Source: Anthoceros angustus | Lineage: Eukaryota > Plantae > Anthocerotophyta | Direction of reading: 5' to 3' | DNA: 64,000 nt | Assembly (NCBI GenBank): GCA_010909165.1 | Contig: MU008212.1 | Coordinates: 124,001 to 188,000 of the forward strand | Part shown: piece by piece, positions 48,200-62,400 of the stretch | Layout: the number at the start of each line of letters is the position of its first letter | How positions within the stretch are numbered: position 1 is the stretch's first letter | Made by a program: the position numbers and the translations under genes | The notes under the pieces: model-generated | The model's database searches: none | The model's input: only the letters and a program-made list of their open reading frames with translations | Told to the model about the DNA's origin: nothing

Positions 48200-50400
48200 T
48201 TCTTCGGCAGGTCTGTCGAGAACGGTCTATGACCACCTCCAGGACTACTTCACTCCCGAGGACCCCTCCAGCGGCTTTTCGAAATCGTTCATTCTAACGG
48301 CCGCTGTGGCTAGGGAGGAGACTCCTTTTCGGATTTCTCAGATTTTGGGGGCCGGTCGGTTGTTGGCTATGGAGAAGCCCACTTCCGGGGTACACCCTAC
48401 CGTCATGAGGGAGGCGTTTTCACGGCTTGTTAGTCGCAGCATTGCCATCCAGCTCAGAGAGCAGTTCCAAGGCCATCTCTGTCCTCACCAATTTGGGATT
48501 GCTACTCCGAGGGGCTGCGAATCCGTGGCTTTTTGGGGTGGGGGCGGTCCTAGACAACGCCTTCAACACGGTCTCCAGGGCGGTCATCTTTGACGGCTCA
48601 AGGACGCAGTTGGGCAATTGGACAGGTAAGTCCTATCCCTTTTGTCCGCTCCTTCTACGGGTCTCCTTCCAAACCCTATTACCATGGGCCCACAGTCGAT
48701 GGGGTTTCGATGCTCATCTCAGCTCTTAGCACTCGGTAGGGGGATCCGTTGGGGGGTGCTCTTTTTTGCCATGGCTCACTTCCGGGCTTTGTCTATAACA
48801 ACCTCCTTTGTTTTGGACTGTCTACACTCGTCAGTGGCAGATGACACCCACATTCTCGGGCCGGGTGACAAGGTTAAGGAGGCTTTTGAAGGTCTCCCGC
48901 CTTGACTTGAAGGTGAAGATTTTCAAGTTCTATGGGTCCCCTAATTGGGAAAGATTTGCAATGTGCGCTAGATCCTCCTTCAAAGTTGCATCCACGTAGT
49001 CGTGTATGAAAGCTGGGGCCCGGGCCCTATCGGGACCCCTAAAACGTGAAGTCCTTGCGGAGAAGTAATATCCCCCTCGAAATACTGAAGAAAGAGCACC
49101 ACCACACCGAAGGAGGACCAGACCAGCTTTCTTGTCTTCTCTTCGGGGTTTTGACAGACAGGTTATGTAGGCGCTAAGCGACATCATTGGCCCAGAGACC
49201 TTCGATTGCGCCACCGGGGATTTGGCTAGGCGATAAGCGTCCCTCCCTATTGCGTTTGGTGGCATTGGTCTGCTAGCGACAGAGGCCTCCGTGCCAGCAA
49301 CTTTCCTTGGGAATTTGGCCCTCTCTACCCCCATTCGGGCCTCCCATTTCTTAATTAGGATTCTCGCATTTTGGAGTCATTTGTCGCGGGCGTGTAAGGG
49401 GGCGCTTTCCCCTTGCAGGTGTCCTTACGTTTTGCTAGGGGATCCTTATCCCATGAGGCTAGGGCTGTTATGCCTCCTTTTGCTTCCCTCCCCGAGGTTG
49501 GACTACGCTGGCTTCAAGCTTCCCTCCTGGAGAAGCACTATCGGCATTTGCAGCTGGCTCTTCTTTGGGATTCCTCTATTCCTAGGCCTGCGTGGGCTCG
49601 TCTCCGCCCGTGTTCAAGGAAGAGGGCAGGTTCATGGCTATTGGCTCGGTCTTTCAGCCAGGCTTTCCAAATCGCATTAGCCTGTTTTTCTACCGCGATG
49701 AGGTTCCATATGGGGCTGGTCCAACCTCTGGCCTGCTCTCTCTTGACTTGCAATTGTGGGTCCCCTCTCGATGACTCCGAGGCCCACCTTGCTTTTTGTC
49801 CCGCTAGTGGGCAACGCAGTGCTATGCATGACGCCGTCCGCGATGTCATGTTCTCGTTGGCTAAGGAGGGTGGCTTCTTTCCCTATAGGGAGCGTCCGTA
49901 TACCTTGGTCAATGGGATTTCTCTAAAGGCAGATCTTTTTCTGATTTGAGGGGACCACATCTCGGTTGCAGACGTGGTTGTGACTGACCCTACCCGGGAC
50001 ACTGTCTGTGAGCATGTAATCATCAACCCTCCGGAGTGGGCGGCGAAGGCGTGTGCAACTGCGAAGGTCCGTAAATACTCTTCTTTGCAGGCTGGGCACG
50101 CTTTTGTTCCCCTTGCCATCGAGGCCAATGGGGCCATGGATAAAGATTTCTCTAGGTTCATCAAGGCCTGTGCCCAGGCCTACCACGATTATAGGAACGG
50201 GGCTGGCCTCCCCCTTTCCTATATTGTGGCTTTCTTTCAGCAACGGTGTCCTCGCCCTGCAAAAGGCGTTGGCCAACGACATGTATCGGACGTCAGCAAG
50301 TGTCGGAGAGGCAGCATCTTTAGCTCCTGTGGGCCTTCCCTTATCCTTGACCAAGACATTCTTGGCGCGGTAGGTAGTTTCAAGATCGGCGATCGCAGGG
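48200..50400 (+). mobile_element. 5'-truncated, frameshifted non-LTR retrotransposon with RT and restriction-like endonuclease (CRE-clade-like)
   Basis: RT motifs LLAMEKPTSGVHP..REAFSRL, PHQFGIATPRGCE, DNAFNTVSR, GDPLG and VADDTHI. Zinc knuckle CNCG...HLAFC...RSAMHDAVRD. RLE motifs KADL...ADVVVTDP...KVRKY...FVPLAIEANG. Confidence 0.82.
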
Positions 50401-53400
50401 GCTAGTCTTCTGACCGCTCTTTTTACCAACGATCCGAAAAGTGGTTCGTTCCTTTTTGGTCACATGCCACATTTTGTAATGTAAGGCGTCTGAAAGATCT
50501 AGGTTTGTAGCTTGCTTCCTGAAGTCATGGCTTGTAGTGAGCCCGTCGGGTGCACCTGACAAAGGTTGCAGGAGGTCATCTTGGCCACCCCATATGGTGT
50601 AATATGTCTCATGGACATTCTTGATCTGGAGGTGAGACCTGCTAAAAACGGAATAGTTATGATTGTAGTTTATAGAATTTGAGCTTCGAGGGGTTTATGT
50701 AGCTTCTAGGACCATATTCATCTTCTTGTATGTTGTGTGCATTTATGAGAAGATTCTATGTGCAAAGAAAGATGCCTAATACAACACTGATTTGAGGTCC
50801 TAGCTGATGGAAAGCAGAGTAGCCTATGACCAAATGCTTAATTGCTGAATTTTTGTACACTTGTATATGTACCATCCACAATAAAGAAGCCAGTGTATGA
50901 AACCGCACATAAAAATCTTCATCATCCTACACAAATTAAGAGTCATTTCCCTCAAGGCCTAAATTTCCAAAGAAATCAACATTCCATTGCAAATTGTCAC
51001 CAAAGTGGACAAGGTATGTGAGACTGGTGCCCAAAATGTGATGCTGAATGGGGTGTGGGCACTTGTTTCACTTGCACTTGTCTACTGCCTTTGTTACTAC
51101 AGGTCTTGAAGATTGTGTTTGCAGAGTTGGAGCACCTGAAAGTCAAGCTTGCTCATGTGCAGGTTGTGCGTTTGCTCTAAGCAAGACCAAGCAGAATATA
51201 GAAGGCAAGCATCCCCAACACAAGACTGGCAAGTTTGGGTACAGACTTAAGGTTGATTACTTTGACACTTACAGTCTGGTAAGTACTACAAAGAATTCTT
51301 TAGGTGGTTTTGCTAATAGAATATCGACTACCAAATGTCCTTGGTGAAAGAGATGTTTTGTTGGTTTAACGAGCGGAAACTATCACGTCTTGTTCCCCTT
51401 GTCATTTACCACTGGAACTTTTGAAGTGCAAATATCTTGCAAAGCCTGACAAGGAGCTTGAGGATGCATGGGTTCAGGGGCTTTGGACCATTCCCACATG
51501 TATGTGCCTAACGACATGCTAATTGTCACCATGACCTTGTGTTATGTAGGCATTGCCCCCTTGATTTTGCCCTTCCCTATGTTGTATTTTGCACTCGGCT
51601 AGTCCAACTTGGTCTTGAATTTGCAGTCGGCAGGTCAGATTTGTGTCTTATGTTTCTCACCAATCATGAGGTGCTTACAAATTTTTACCAAACGAAATTA
51701 GAGTCGACAATCACAAGGAGCTTGGTCGTAAGTCACAAAATAGCAGTGACTTGAAGATATTGCCGGTTCTTAACACTCCATTGACTCAATATTTGGCCAA
51801 ACCTCTCCGGCCCTAGGTTGATGGAGACTATTGGCACAGGCTCAGTTGATATGCAGACCGAACATATGGGCCCTCAATCATCGTCCTCATAGTATTCGTG
51901 ACGACAATTGCTCCTGTGAGCCGCCAAGAAAGAGTGAAAGCGGTCGCGGGTGGCCATCCGCGACCTCCATAGCCCATAGCGTGTTCGGGCCCGATGTTGC
52001 TCACTTGATAGCCCGAGCACGGGGAACCATCAAGATTAGAGGGCTATTTCCATATTAGATAATGATCACCGACCAAGTAGATAATTGGAATAATAGGTGG
52101 TAAATAATAGATAAATAGCAGCTAATTAGAATAATACCCATTGGATGAGGATAAATAGTGTAAAAGATAATGACCTCCTCAACTAACCCAAATAAGAACC
52201 AAAACCTAACGCTTAGTATAGAAACCAAGAACATAATAGTTAAACTGGCATACGTGGCCTTCTTGGCCTATACCATGTATGTCCACCACCCCATACAAGC
52301 AAAATGTCCACTTTTCACAAAGTGTGTCTTGATGTCCGCGTTGTATCAAAGATACCCCTGTGGTTGTGGACTGGGCTCTCCCTGAAGGTAATGAGCTAGT
52401 TTTTGTTTTTTGCTAGTGTGGAGTGGAAAATAAGGCGAAAGGGAGAAATAAGGCGGGTGGCTCAGGCCGCACTGGAGTGGCGTGGGTGACTCTGATCGCA
52501 CTCGGGAGTAGGCGGGTGAGTCCGACCGCACCGGTACGCGATAAGTACGCCGGGAAAAGTAACTTTGGCACGGGGCGTGTTTTGGCAAAGGGGCCACGTG
52601 GGCCGGTCTTTGAGAGGAGCAGGCTGGCCTCCCCTTTCCTATATTGTGGCTTTCTTTCAGCAACGGTGTCCTCGCCCTGCAAAAGGCGTTGTGTGACATG
52701 TCGGACGTCGGCCAAGTGTCGGAGGCATCTTTAGCTCTGTGGGCCTTCCCTTATCCTTGACCAAGACATTCTTGGCGCGGTAGGTAGTTTCAAGATCGGC
52801 GATCGCAGGGCTAGTCTTGACCGCTCTTTTACCAACGATCCGAAAAGTGGTTCGTTCCTTTTGGTCACATGCCACATTTTGTAATGTAAGGCGCGAAGAT
52901 CTAGGTTTGTAGCTTGCTTCCAAGTCATGGCTTGGCTTGTAGTGAGCCGTCGGGTGCACGACAAAGGTTGCGGAGGTCATCTTGGCCACCCCATATGGTG
53001 TAATATGTCTCATGGACATTCTTGATCTGGAGGTGAGACCTGCTAAAAACGGAATAGTTATGATTGTAGTTTATAGAATTTGAGCTTCGAGGGGTTTATG
53101 TAGCTTCTAGGACCATATTCATCTTCTTGTATGTTGTGTGCATTTATGAGAAGATTCTATGTGCAAAGAAAGATGCCTAATACAACATTTGAGGTCCTAG
53201 TGATGGAAAGCGAGTAGCCTATGACCAAATGCTTAATTGCTGAATTTTTGTACACTTGTATATGTACCATCCACAATAAAGAAGCCAGTGTATGAAACCG
53301 CACATAAAAATCTTCATCATCCTACACAAATTAAGAGTCATTTCCCTCAAGGCCTAAATTTCCAAAGAAATCAACATTCCATTGCAAATTGTCACCAAAG

Positions 53401-56400
53401 TGGACAAGGTATGTGAGGCTGCCCAAAATGTGATCGAATGGGGTGTGGGCACTTGTTTCACTTGCACTTGTCTCGCCTTTGTTACTGGTCTTGAAGATTG
53501 TGTTTGCAGTTGGAGCACGAAAGTCATCGTGCATTGGAACATGCTCACCAAGGTGGACCACCTTGGTGACAATTTGCTGGTGTTCCTCCACGCCCTGCAA
53601 CGGGGGAAAAGAGCGAACTGGAGAAGGATCATCTTCGCCCGGATCAACCAGGAGGCTAGGAAGCTGCGCAGCGAGAAGCCGCCCCCATCAGCGCTGTCGC
53701 CGTTTATTGTCCACGTTTGGGGACACCTCAACCTCCTGAAGGAGGGAGAAGAGGAGCGGCGCTCGATTACTCCCGATGTTGGCGCTAAGAGAAGGCCATT
53801 CTCTTGACCGACTTCGGCGATTTCGTAGTCACCGCACTAGCACCCCGCTCTCGACGCTATCTCTTTGGCGCCAAGCACAATTACAGCGACCATCTTCATG
53901 GCGGCGCTCGCGGAGGCGGGAAGAGAATTGTCGCCCATCACGCCACAACAGCAGACCAGCCGGCGTGCAAATATGGGGCCCAAGAAGGCGGCGGAGGTCT
54001 GGGAACCCTGGCATCTAGTGGAGAAGAACATCGTCACCAAGCGCTACCCGGACTTCGGACCTTGGCTGGAGGAGGCGGAGGAATTGGTGCAGGACTGGCA
54101 CCTGGACGTCTTCCAGGCGGTATGGACGTTCGACAACATCGCGTTTGTCCGGGAGTACGCCCGGAAGATGTTGGCGGTGGCCAACAAAACCGTCCGCTTC
54201 AAGAGTATGAGGGAGGACCCAAGGAGATAGACTGTGGAGGTCCTGCGCGCGGTTTACAACCGGCTGGTGGAAGAAATTGGGGGGGTGGTGCAGGAACCCC
54301 TTAAGGTGAAAGGGAGGGTGGAAGCAGCCAAGGCGGCGCTTTTGAGGCCGGGAACGCAGTGGTCCTCGAATGGGTGGCTGATGTCGGACCTATTGGACCG
54401 GCCGGGTGAGGCAGTGGCGAAAGTCAAGCTTGCTCATGTGCAAGTTGTGTGCGTTTGCTCTAAGCAAGACCAAGGAATATAGAAGGCAAGCATCCCCAAC
54501 ACAAGGCGGCAAGTTTGGGTACAGACTTAAGGTTGATTACTTTGACACTTACTACTACTACAAAGAATTCTTTAGGTGGTTTTGCTAATAGAATATCGAC
54601 TACCAAATGTCCTTGGTGAAAGAGATGTTTTGTTGGTTTAACGGAAACTATCACGTCTTGTTCCCTTGTCATTTTGGAACTTTTGAAGTGCAAATATCTT
54701 GCAAAGCGACAAGGAGCTTGAGGATGCATGGGTTCGGGGCTTTGGACCATTCCACATGTATGTGCCTAACGACATGCTAATTGTCACCATGACCTTGTGT
54801 TATGTAGGCATTGCCCCTTGATTTTGCCCTTCCCTATGTTGTATTTTGCACTCGGCTAGTCCAACTTGGTCTTGAATTTGCGGTCATGTCTTATGTTTCT
54901 CACCAATCATGAGGTGCTTACAAATTTTACCAAAGCGAAATTAGAGTCGACAATCACAAGGAGCTTGGTCGTAAGTCACAAAATAGCGATGACTTGAAGA
55001 TATTGCAGTTCTTAACACTCCATTGACTCAATATTTGGCCAAACCTCTCCGGCCCTAGGTTGATGGAGACTATTGGCACAGGCTCAGTTGATATGCAGAC
55101 CGAACATATGGGCCCTCAATCATCGTCCTCATAGTATTCGCACGACAATTGCTCCCAGGAGCCGCCAAGAGTTATGAAACGGTCGCGGGTCGGTGGCCAT
55201 CCCGCGACCTCCATAGCCCAACAGTGTCGGGCCCGATGTTGCTCACAGTCTTGATAGCCCGAGCACCAGGAACCATCAAGATTAGAGGTAGCTATTTCCA
55301 TATTAGATAATGATCAGCCGACCAAGTAGATAATTGGAATAATAGGTGGTAAATAATAGATAAATAGCAGCTAATTAGAATAATACCCATTGGATGAGGA
55401 TAAATAGTGTAAAAGATAATGACCTCCTCAACTAACCCAAATAAGAACCGGAAAACCTAACGTTTAGTATAGAAACCAAGAACATAATATAGTTAAACGG
55501 CATACGTGGCCTTCTTGGCCTATACCATGTATATGTCCACCACCCACAAGCAAAATGTCCACTTTTCACAAAGTGTCTTGATGTCCGCGTTGTATCAAAG
55601 ATACCCCAGGGTGCTTGTGGACTGTGGGCTCTCCCCCTCGGGAAGGTAATGAGCTAGTTTTTGTTTTTTGCTAGTGTGGAGTGGAAAATAAAAAGGGAGA
55701 AATAAGGCCGGGTGGCTCACCGCACTCGGGAGTGGCGTGGGTGACTCTGGCACTCGGGAGTAGGTCGGGTGAGTCCGAGCACTCGGAGTAAGTCGCGATA
55801 AATGCGCCGGAAAAGTAACTGGCACGGGAGGCGTGTTTTGGCAAGGGGCCACGTGGGCCGGTCTTGAGAGAGGGGGCATGCGGACTAGGACCGTAGGGTT
55901 GTCGATGGCCGTTATGGGCGGTAACCACGCCCGCAACGCGGGAAAAGAGCGAACTGGAGAAGGATCATCTTCGCCCGGATCAACCAGAGGCTAGGAAGGC
56001 TGCTGAAGCCGCTACCGGTTGTCGCCGTTTATTGTCCACGTTTGGGGACACCTCAACCTCTGAAGGAGGAGAAGAGGAGCGGCGCTCGGAAAGGGTTGGT
56101 AACCTTGCACGAGTTGGAGCACGAAAGTCAAGCTTGCTCATGTGCAAGTTGTGCGTTGCTCTAAGCAAGACCAAGGTAATATAGAAGGCAAGCATCCCCA
56201 ACACAAGACTGGCAAGTTTGGGTACAGACTTAAGGTTGATTACTTTGACACTTACAGTCTCGTAAGTACTACAAAGAATTCTTTAGGTGGTTTTGCTAAT
56301 AGAATATCGACTACCAAATGTCCTTGGTGAAAGAGATGTTTTGTTGGTTTAACGAGCGGAAACTATCACGTCTTGTTCCCCTTGTCATTTACCACTGGAA

Positions 56401-59400
56401 CTTTTGAAGTGCAAATATCTTGCAAAGCCTGACAAGGAGCTTGAGGATGCATGGGTTCAGGGGCTTTGGACCATTCCACATGTATGTGCCTAACGACATG
56501 CTAATTGTCACCATGACCTTGTGTTATGTAGGCATTGCCCCTTGATTTTGCCCTTCCCTATGTTGTATTTTGCACTCTAGTCCAACTTGGTCTTGAATTT
56601 GCAAATGGTGGTGTCGATTGTGTCTTATGTTTCTCACCAATCATGAGGTGCTTACAAATTTTTACCAAACGAAATTAGAGTCGACAATCACAAGGAGCTT
56701 GGTCGTAAGTCACAAAATAGCAGTGACTTGAAGATATTGCCGGTTCTTAACACTCCATTGACTCAATATTTGGCCAAACCTCTCCGGCCCTAGGTTGATG
56801 GAGACTATTGGCACAGCTCGATTGATATGCATCAACATATGGGCTCTCAATCATCGCCCCTCATAGTATTCGACGACAATTGCTCCTGTGAGCCGCCAAG
56901 AGTTATGAAACGGCCGCAGTATGGCCATCCGCGACCTCCATAGCCCAACAGTGTCGGGCCCGATGTTGCTCACAGTCTTGATAGCCCGAGCACCAGGAAC
57001 CATCAAGATTAGAGGTAGCTATTTCCATATTAGATAATGATCAGCCGACCAAGTAGATAATTGGAATAATAGGTGGTAAATAATAGATAAATAGCAGCTA
57101 ATTAGAATAATACCCATTGGATGAGGATAAATAGTGTAAAAAGATAATGACCTCCTCAACTAACCCAAATAAGAACCAGAAAACCTAACGTTTAGTATAG
57201 AAACCAAGAACATAATAGTTAAACCGGCATACGTGGCCTTCTTGGCCTATACCATGTATATGTCCACCACCCCATACAAGCAAAATGTCCACTTTTCACA
57301 AAGCTGTGTCTTGATGTCCGCGTTGTATCAAAGATACCCCAGGGTGCTTGTGGACTGTGGGCTCTCCCCCTCAGGAAGGTAATGAGCTAGTTTTTGTTTT
57401 TTTTGCTAGTGTGGAGTGGAAAATAAGGCGAAAAGGGAGAAATAAGGCCGGGGTGGCTCCGACCGCACTCCGGAGTAGCGTGGGTGACTGATCACCTCGA
57501 GTAGGTCGGGTGAGTCCGATCGCACTCGAGTAAGTCGCGATAAGTACGCCGGAAAAGTAACTGGCACGGGGAGCGTGTTTTGGCAAGGGGCCACGTGGGC
57601 CGGTCTGAGAGGAGCAGGCATGCAGCGGACTAGGAGGAGGCGAAGAAGAGGAAGATGGCTCCCCCTGCGGCTCCCAAGGCCGCTGGTCCCTCTTCCTTTG
57701 CCAGCGGAGTGGCGAGGCCGAGAAGCGAGAAGAGCGAGCGAGATGCGGCCTAGGGGCGGAGGACAGCGACCAACCCCACCCCGAGCCCATCCTATCGCCG
57801 ACTAGGAGAGGAAGCAGGGCCCCGGACTCCTTCACCGCCTCCGGACCCCAAGCGAGGCGGCGGAGAAGGAGCTAGCGGCCAAGCGGGCCAAGGAGGTAGA
57901 GGCTCCGGACCAAAATAGTCGGGACCTAAGGGTCCTGATTGGGTTCGAGTCCTAGTCCGGCCTCCGGACCGCGATCCCGATCAGTTCTATCTGACGAGAG
58001 ATACCGCGCCCTCGGCGGACTTCACGTATCTCTCCAGCAAAATGGAATAGACACGGCGGGTTCTCGCAGCCGTCATGGACGGTGTGCTGGGGGCTCATGG
58101 GACTACAGAGAAGGCCATTCTCTTGACCGACTTCGGCGATTTTAAGTAGTCACTCTCGGGCACCACCACTCTCGACGCTATCTCTTTGGCGTAAGCACAA
58201 TTACAGCGACCATCTTCATGGCGGCGCTCGGCGGAGCGAGAAGAGCGAGCGAGATGCGGCCTAGGGGCGGAGGACAGCAGCCAACCCCACCCCGAGCCCA
58301 TCCTATCGCCGACTAGGAGAGGAAGCGAGGAGCTCCGGACTCCTTCACCGCCTCCGGACCCCAAGCGAGGCGGCGGAGAAGGAGCTAGCGAGCCAGGCCA
58401 GGAGGTAGAGGCTCCGGACCAAAATAGTCGGACCTAAGGGTCTGATTGGGTTCGAGTCCTAGTCAAACCTCCCTCGGATGCGATCAGTTGTCCTTAACGG
58501 ACCAGAGATACCGCGCCCTCGGCGGACTTCACGGGTATCTCTCCAGCAAAATGGAATAGACACGCAGCGGAGTTCGCGTCATGGGCCGGTCTGAGAGGAG
58601 CAGGCATCTCGGACTAGGACCGTAGGGTTGTCGATGGCGGGTGTAACCACGCCCGGTACATCTTGAGTAAGGCTAGAATGCGATGAGCGTAAGGCTAAAG
58701 CAATTGGGACTCTGGCGATTCTGGTAGCGAAAGGACGCCCTCCGCTTGATTACTCCCGATGTTACGGCGCTAAGAGAAGGCCATTCTCTTGACCGACTTC
58801 GGCGATTTCGTAATCACTACTCGAGCACCACTCTCGACGCTATCTCTTTGGCGTAAGCACAATTACAGCGACCATCTTCATGGCGGCGCTCGGCCGCGGC
58901 GGCGGAGGAAAAGAATTGTCGCCCATCACGCCAGCAGCCAGACCAGCGGCGTGCAAATATGGGGCCCAGAAGGCGGCGGAGGTCAGGAACCACAGCATCA
59001 GTGGAGAAGAACATCGTCACCAAGCGCTACGGACTTGGACCTTGGCTGGAGGAGGCGGAGGAATTGGTGCAGGGGCACCGGGCGTCTTCCAGCGGTATGG
59101 ACGTTCGACAACATCGCGTTTGTCAGAATGCGCCGGAAGATGTTGTGATGGCCAACAAAACCGTCACTTCAAGAGTATGAGGAGGACCCAAGGAGATGGG
59201 CTGGAGGTCTGCGCAGTTTCTTGGGGGTGGAAGAAATTGGGGGTGGTGCAGAACCCCTTAAGGTGAAAGGAGGGTGGAAGCGACCAAGGCGGCGCTTTTG
59301 AGGCCGGGAGCAGTGGTCCTCGAATGGGTGGGCGATGTCGGACCTATTGGACCCGGCCAGGTGAGGCAGTGGCGAAAGTCATCGTTGGAACATGCTCACC

Positions 59401-62400
59401 AAGGTGGACCACCTTGGTGACAATTCTTGGTGTTCCTCCACAGCGGAAAAGAAGCGAGAAGGATCATCTTCGCCCGGATCAACCAGGAGGCTAGGAAGCT
59501 GCGCAGCGAGAAGCCGCCCCCATCAGCGCTGTCGCCGTTTATTGTCCACGTTTGGGGACACCTCAACCTCCTGAAGGAGGGAGAAGAGGAGCGAGCGCTC
59601 AGGAAAGGGTTGGTAACCTTGCCTGAGTTGGAGCGAGAGGCGTGGGCCCAGGAACCCGAAGGACGGTCGCTCAAGCCCAGGCGGACCCAGGAGGCGAAGA
59701 AGAGGAAGATGGCTCCAGCTCTGTTGGAGGCGGAGGCAAGTCATCAAGTAAGGAGCAGGCATGCAGCGGACTAGGACCGTAGGGTTGTCAGTGGCCGTTA
59801 TGGGCAGGTAACCACGCCCCGGGTACATGCGCCAGAGTAAGGCTAGAGCTAAATCGCGATGGCGGGCCGTAAGGCTAAAGTAAACAGACTCTGGCGATTC
59901 TGGTAGCGAAAGGACGCCCTCCCGCGCTTCAGTTACTCCCGATGTTCTGGCGCTAAGAGAAGGCCATTCTCTTGACCGACTTCGGCGATTTCGTAATCAC
60001 TACTCGAGCACCACTCTCGACGCTATCTCTTTGGCAAGCACAATTACAAGCGACCATCTTCCGCAGGCGGCGCTCGGCGGAGCGCGAAGAGAAGTCGCCC
60101 ATCACGCCAGCAGCCAGACCGGCGTGCAAATATGGGGCCCAAGAAGGCGAGATCCAGGAACCCCATCCGTGGAGAAGAACATCGCTGCGCTACGGACTTG
60201 GACCTTGGCTGGAGGCGGAGGAATTGGTGCAGGCGCACTGGGCGTCTTCCAGCGGTATGGACGTTCGACAACATCGCGTTTGTCCAGAATACGCCGGAAG
60301 ATGTTGGATGTGGCCAACAAAACCTTCAAGAGTATGAGGAGGACCCAAGGAGATGGTATGGAGGTCTGCGCAGTTTACAAGGCTGGTGGAAGAAATTGGG
60401 GGTGGTGCAGAACCCCTTAAGGTGAAAGGAGGGTGGAAGCGACCAAGGCGCTTTTGAGGCCGGGAACGCAGTGGTCCTCGAATGGGTGGGCGATGTCGGA
60501 CCTATTGGACCGACGGGTGAGCAGTGGCGAAAGTCGCGTGCATTGGAACATGCTCACCAAGGTGGACCAGGATGGTGACAATTTGCTGGTGTTCCTCCAC
60601 GCCCGCAAGGAAAAAGCGAAGGCGAGAAGGATCATCTTCGCCCGGATCAACCAGAGGCTAGGAAGGCTGCAATGGAAGCCGCCCATCATCGCCGTTTATT
60701 GTCCACGTTTGGGGACACCTCAACCTCTGAAGGAGGGAGAAGAGGAAGCGGCGCTCGGAAAGGGTTGTAACCTTGCACGAGTTGGAGGCGGAGGCAAGTC
60801 ATCGGGCGGGCAAGGAGGGTGGAGGATATCGTCGAGTTGGAGAAGGACTTGGAAGAAGCCGAGAGGGGCGGAGCGGACCACTGGAAAGAGATATGGTGTC
60901 TCGGGCAAGGATGGAAGGGGAGAGAGGGCTTTGCGGGAAGAGCAAAAGTTGTTGGTCCGGTTGCGGAAGGCGGAGGAGGCGGGCGGAGCAAGCGGAGGCG
61001 AGGCGGAGGAGGCGAGGCGGAGGAGGAGGAGCAAGCGGAGGCGGCCCAGCGGAGTGGCGGGAGGCGGGAGGCGGCCTCAAGAGGAGGCGGCCTCAAGAGG
61101 AGGCGGCCCAGCGGAGTGGCGGAGGACAGCAGCCAACCCCACCCCGAGCCCACGGGACTAGGAGAGGAGGCGGCCTCAAGAGGAGGCGGAGGCGGGAGGC
61201 GGCCCAGCGGAGAAGGCCATTCTCTTGACCGACTTCTCGGCGATTTCGTAATCACCGCACTCGAGCACCACGCTCTCGACGCTATCTCTTTGGGCCCAAG
61301 CACAATTACAAGCGACCATCTTCATGCGGCCTAGGGGCGGGAGGCGGGCGCAGAAGAGAATTGCCATCACGCCACAACACCGGCAAGCAAATATGGGGCC
61401 CAAGAAGGCGGGAGGTGGGAACCACAGCATCCGTGGAGAAGAACATCGCTGCGCTACGGACTTGGACCTTGGCTGGAGGCGGAGGAATTGGTGCAGGCGC
61501 ACTGGGCGTCTTCCAGGCGGTATGGACGTTCGACAACATCGCGTTTGTCCAGAATACGCCGGAAGATGTTGGATGTGGCCAACAAAACCTTCAAGAGTAT
61601 GAGGAGGACCCAAGGAGATGGTATGGAGGTCTGCGCAGTTTACAAGGCTGGTGGAAGAAATTGGGGGTGGTGCAGAACCCCTTAAGGTGAAAGGAGGGTG
61701 GAAGCGACCAAGGCGCTTTTGAGGCCGGGAACGCAGTGGTCCTCGAATGGGTGGCTGATGTCGGACCTATTGGACCGACGGGTGAGCAGTGGCGAAAGTC
61801 ATCGTGCATTGGAACATGCTCACCAAGGTGGACCAGGATGGTGACAATTTGCTGGTGTTCCTCCACGCCCGCAAGGAAAAAGCGAAGGCGAGAAGGATCA
61901 TCTTCGCCCGGATCAACCAGAGGCTAGGAAGGCTGCAATGGAAGCCGCCCATCATCGCCGTTTATTGTCCACGTTTGGGGACACCTCAACCTCTGAAGGA
62001 GGGAGAAGAGGAAGCGGCGCTCGGGAAAGGGTTGTAACCTTGCACGAGTTGGAGGCGGGCGTAAACCCGGGAACCGGCGTGCTCAAGCAGGCGGACCCGG
62101 GGCGAAGGCGGGAGCGTACTCCGGACTCCATACGGCTGGGCGGACCCCTCGCCCAGTATGGGAAGAAATTCGCTTCCCTCCTCTCGATCCTCATGAACAC
62201 CGGAGGCGGCCACGGCAGGGAGAGGCTAGTGGCCTGTGTGCAGCAGATCGGCAACCTCGAGGGCCCGGCTAAGGCCCCGGGACTAGGAGGGAGGCGAAGA
62301 AGAGGAAGATGGCTCCCCCTGCGGCTCCCAAGGCGCTCCGGTCCCTCTTCCTTTGCCAGCGGAGTGGCGGAGGCCGAGAAGCGAGAAGCGAGCGAGATGC

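Noticed and set aside
53365-53420. IPLQIVTKVDKV as a GTPase G4 motif in repeat block X
   Set aside because: No P-loop or other G motifs, and the frame is closed by nearby stops.
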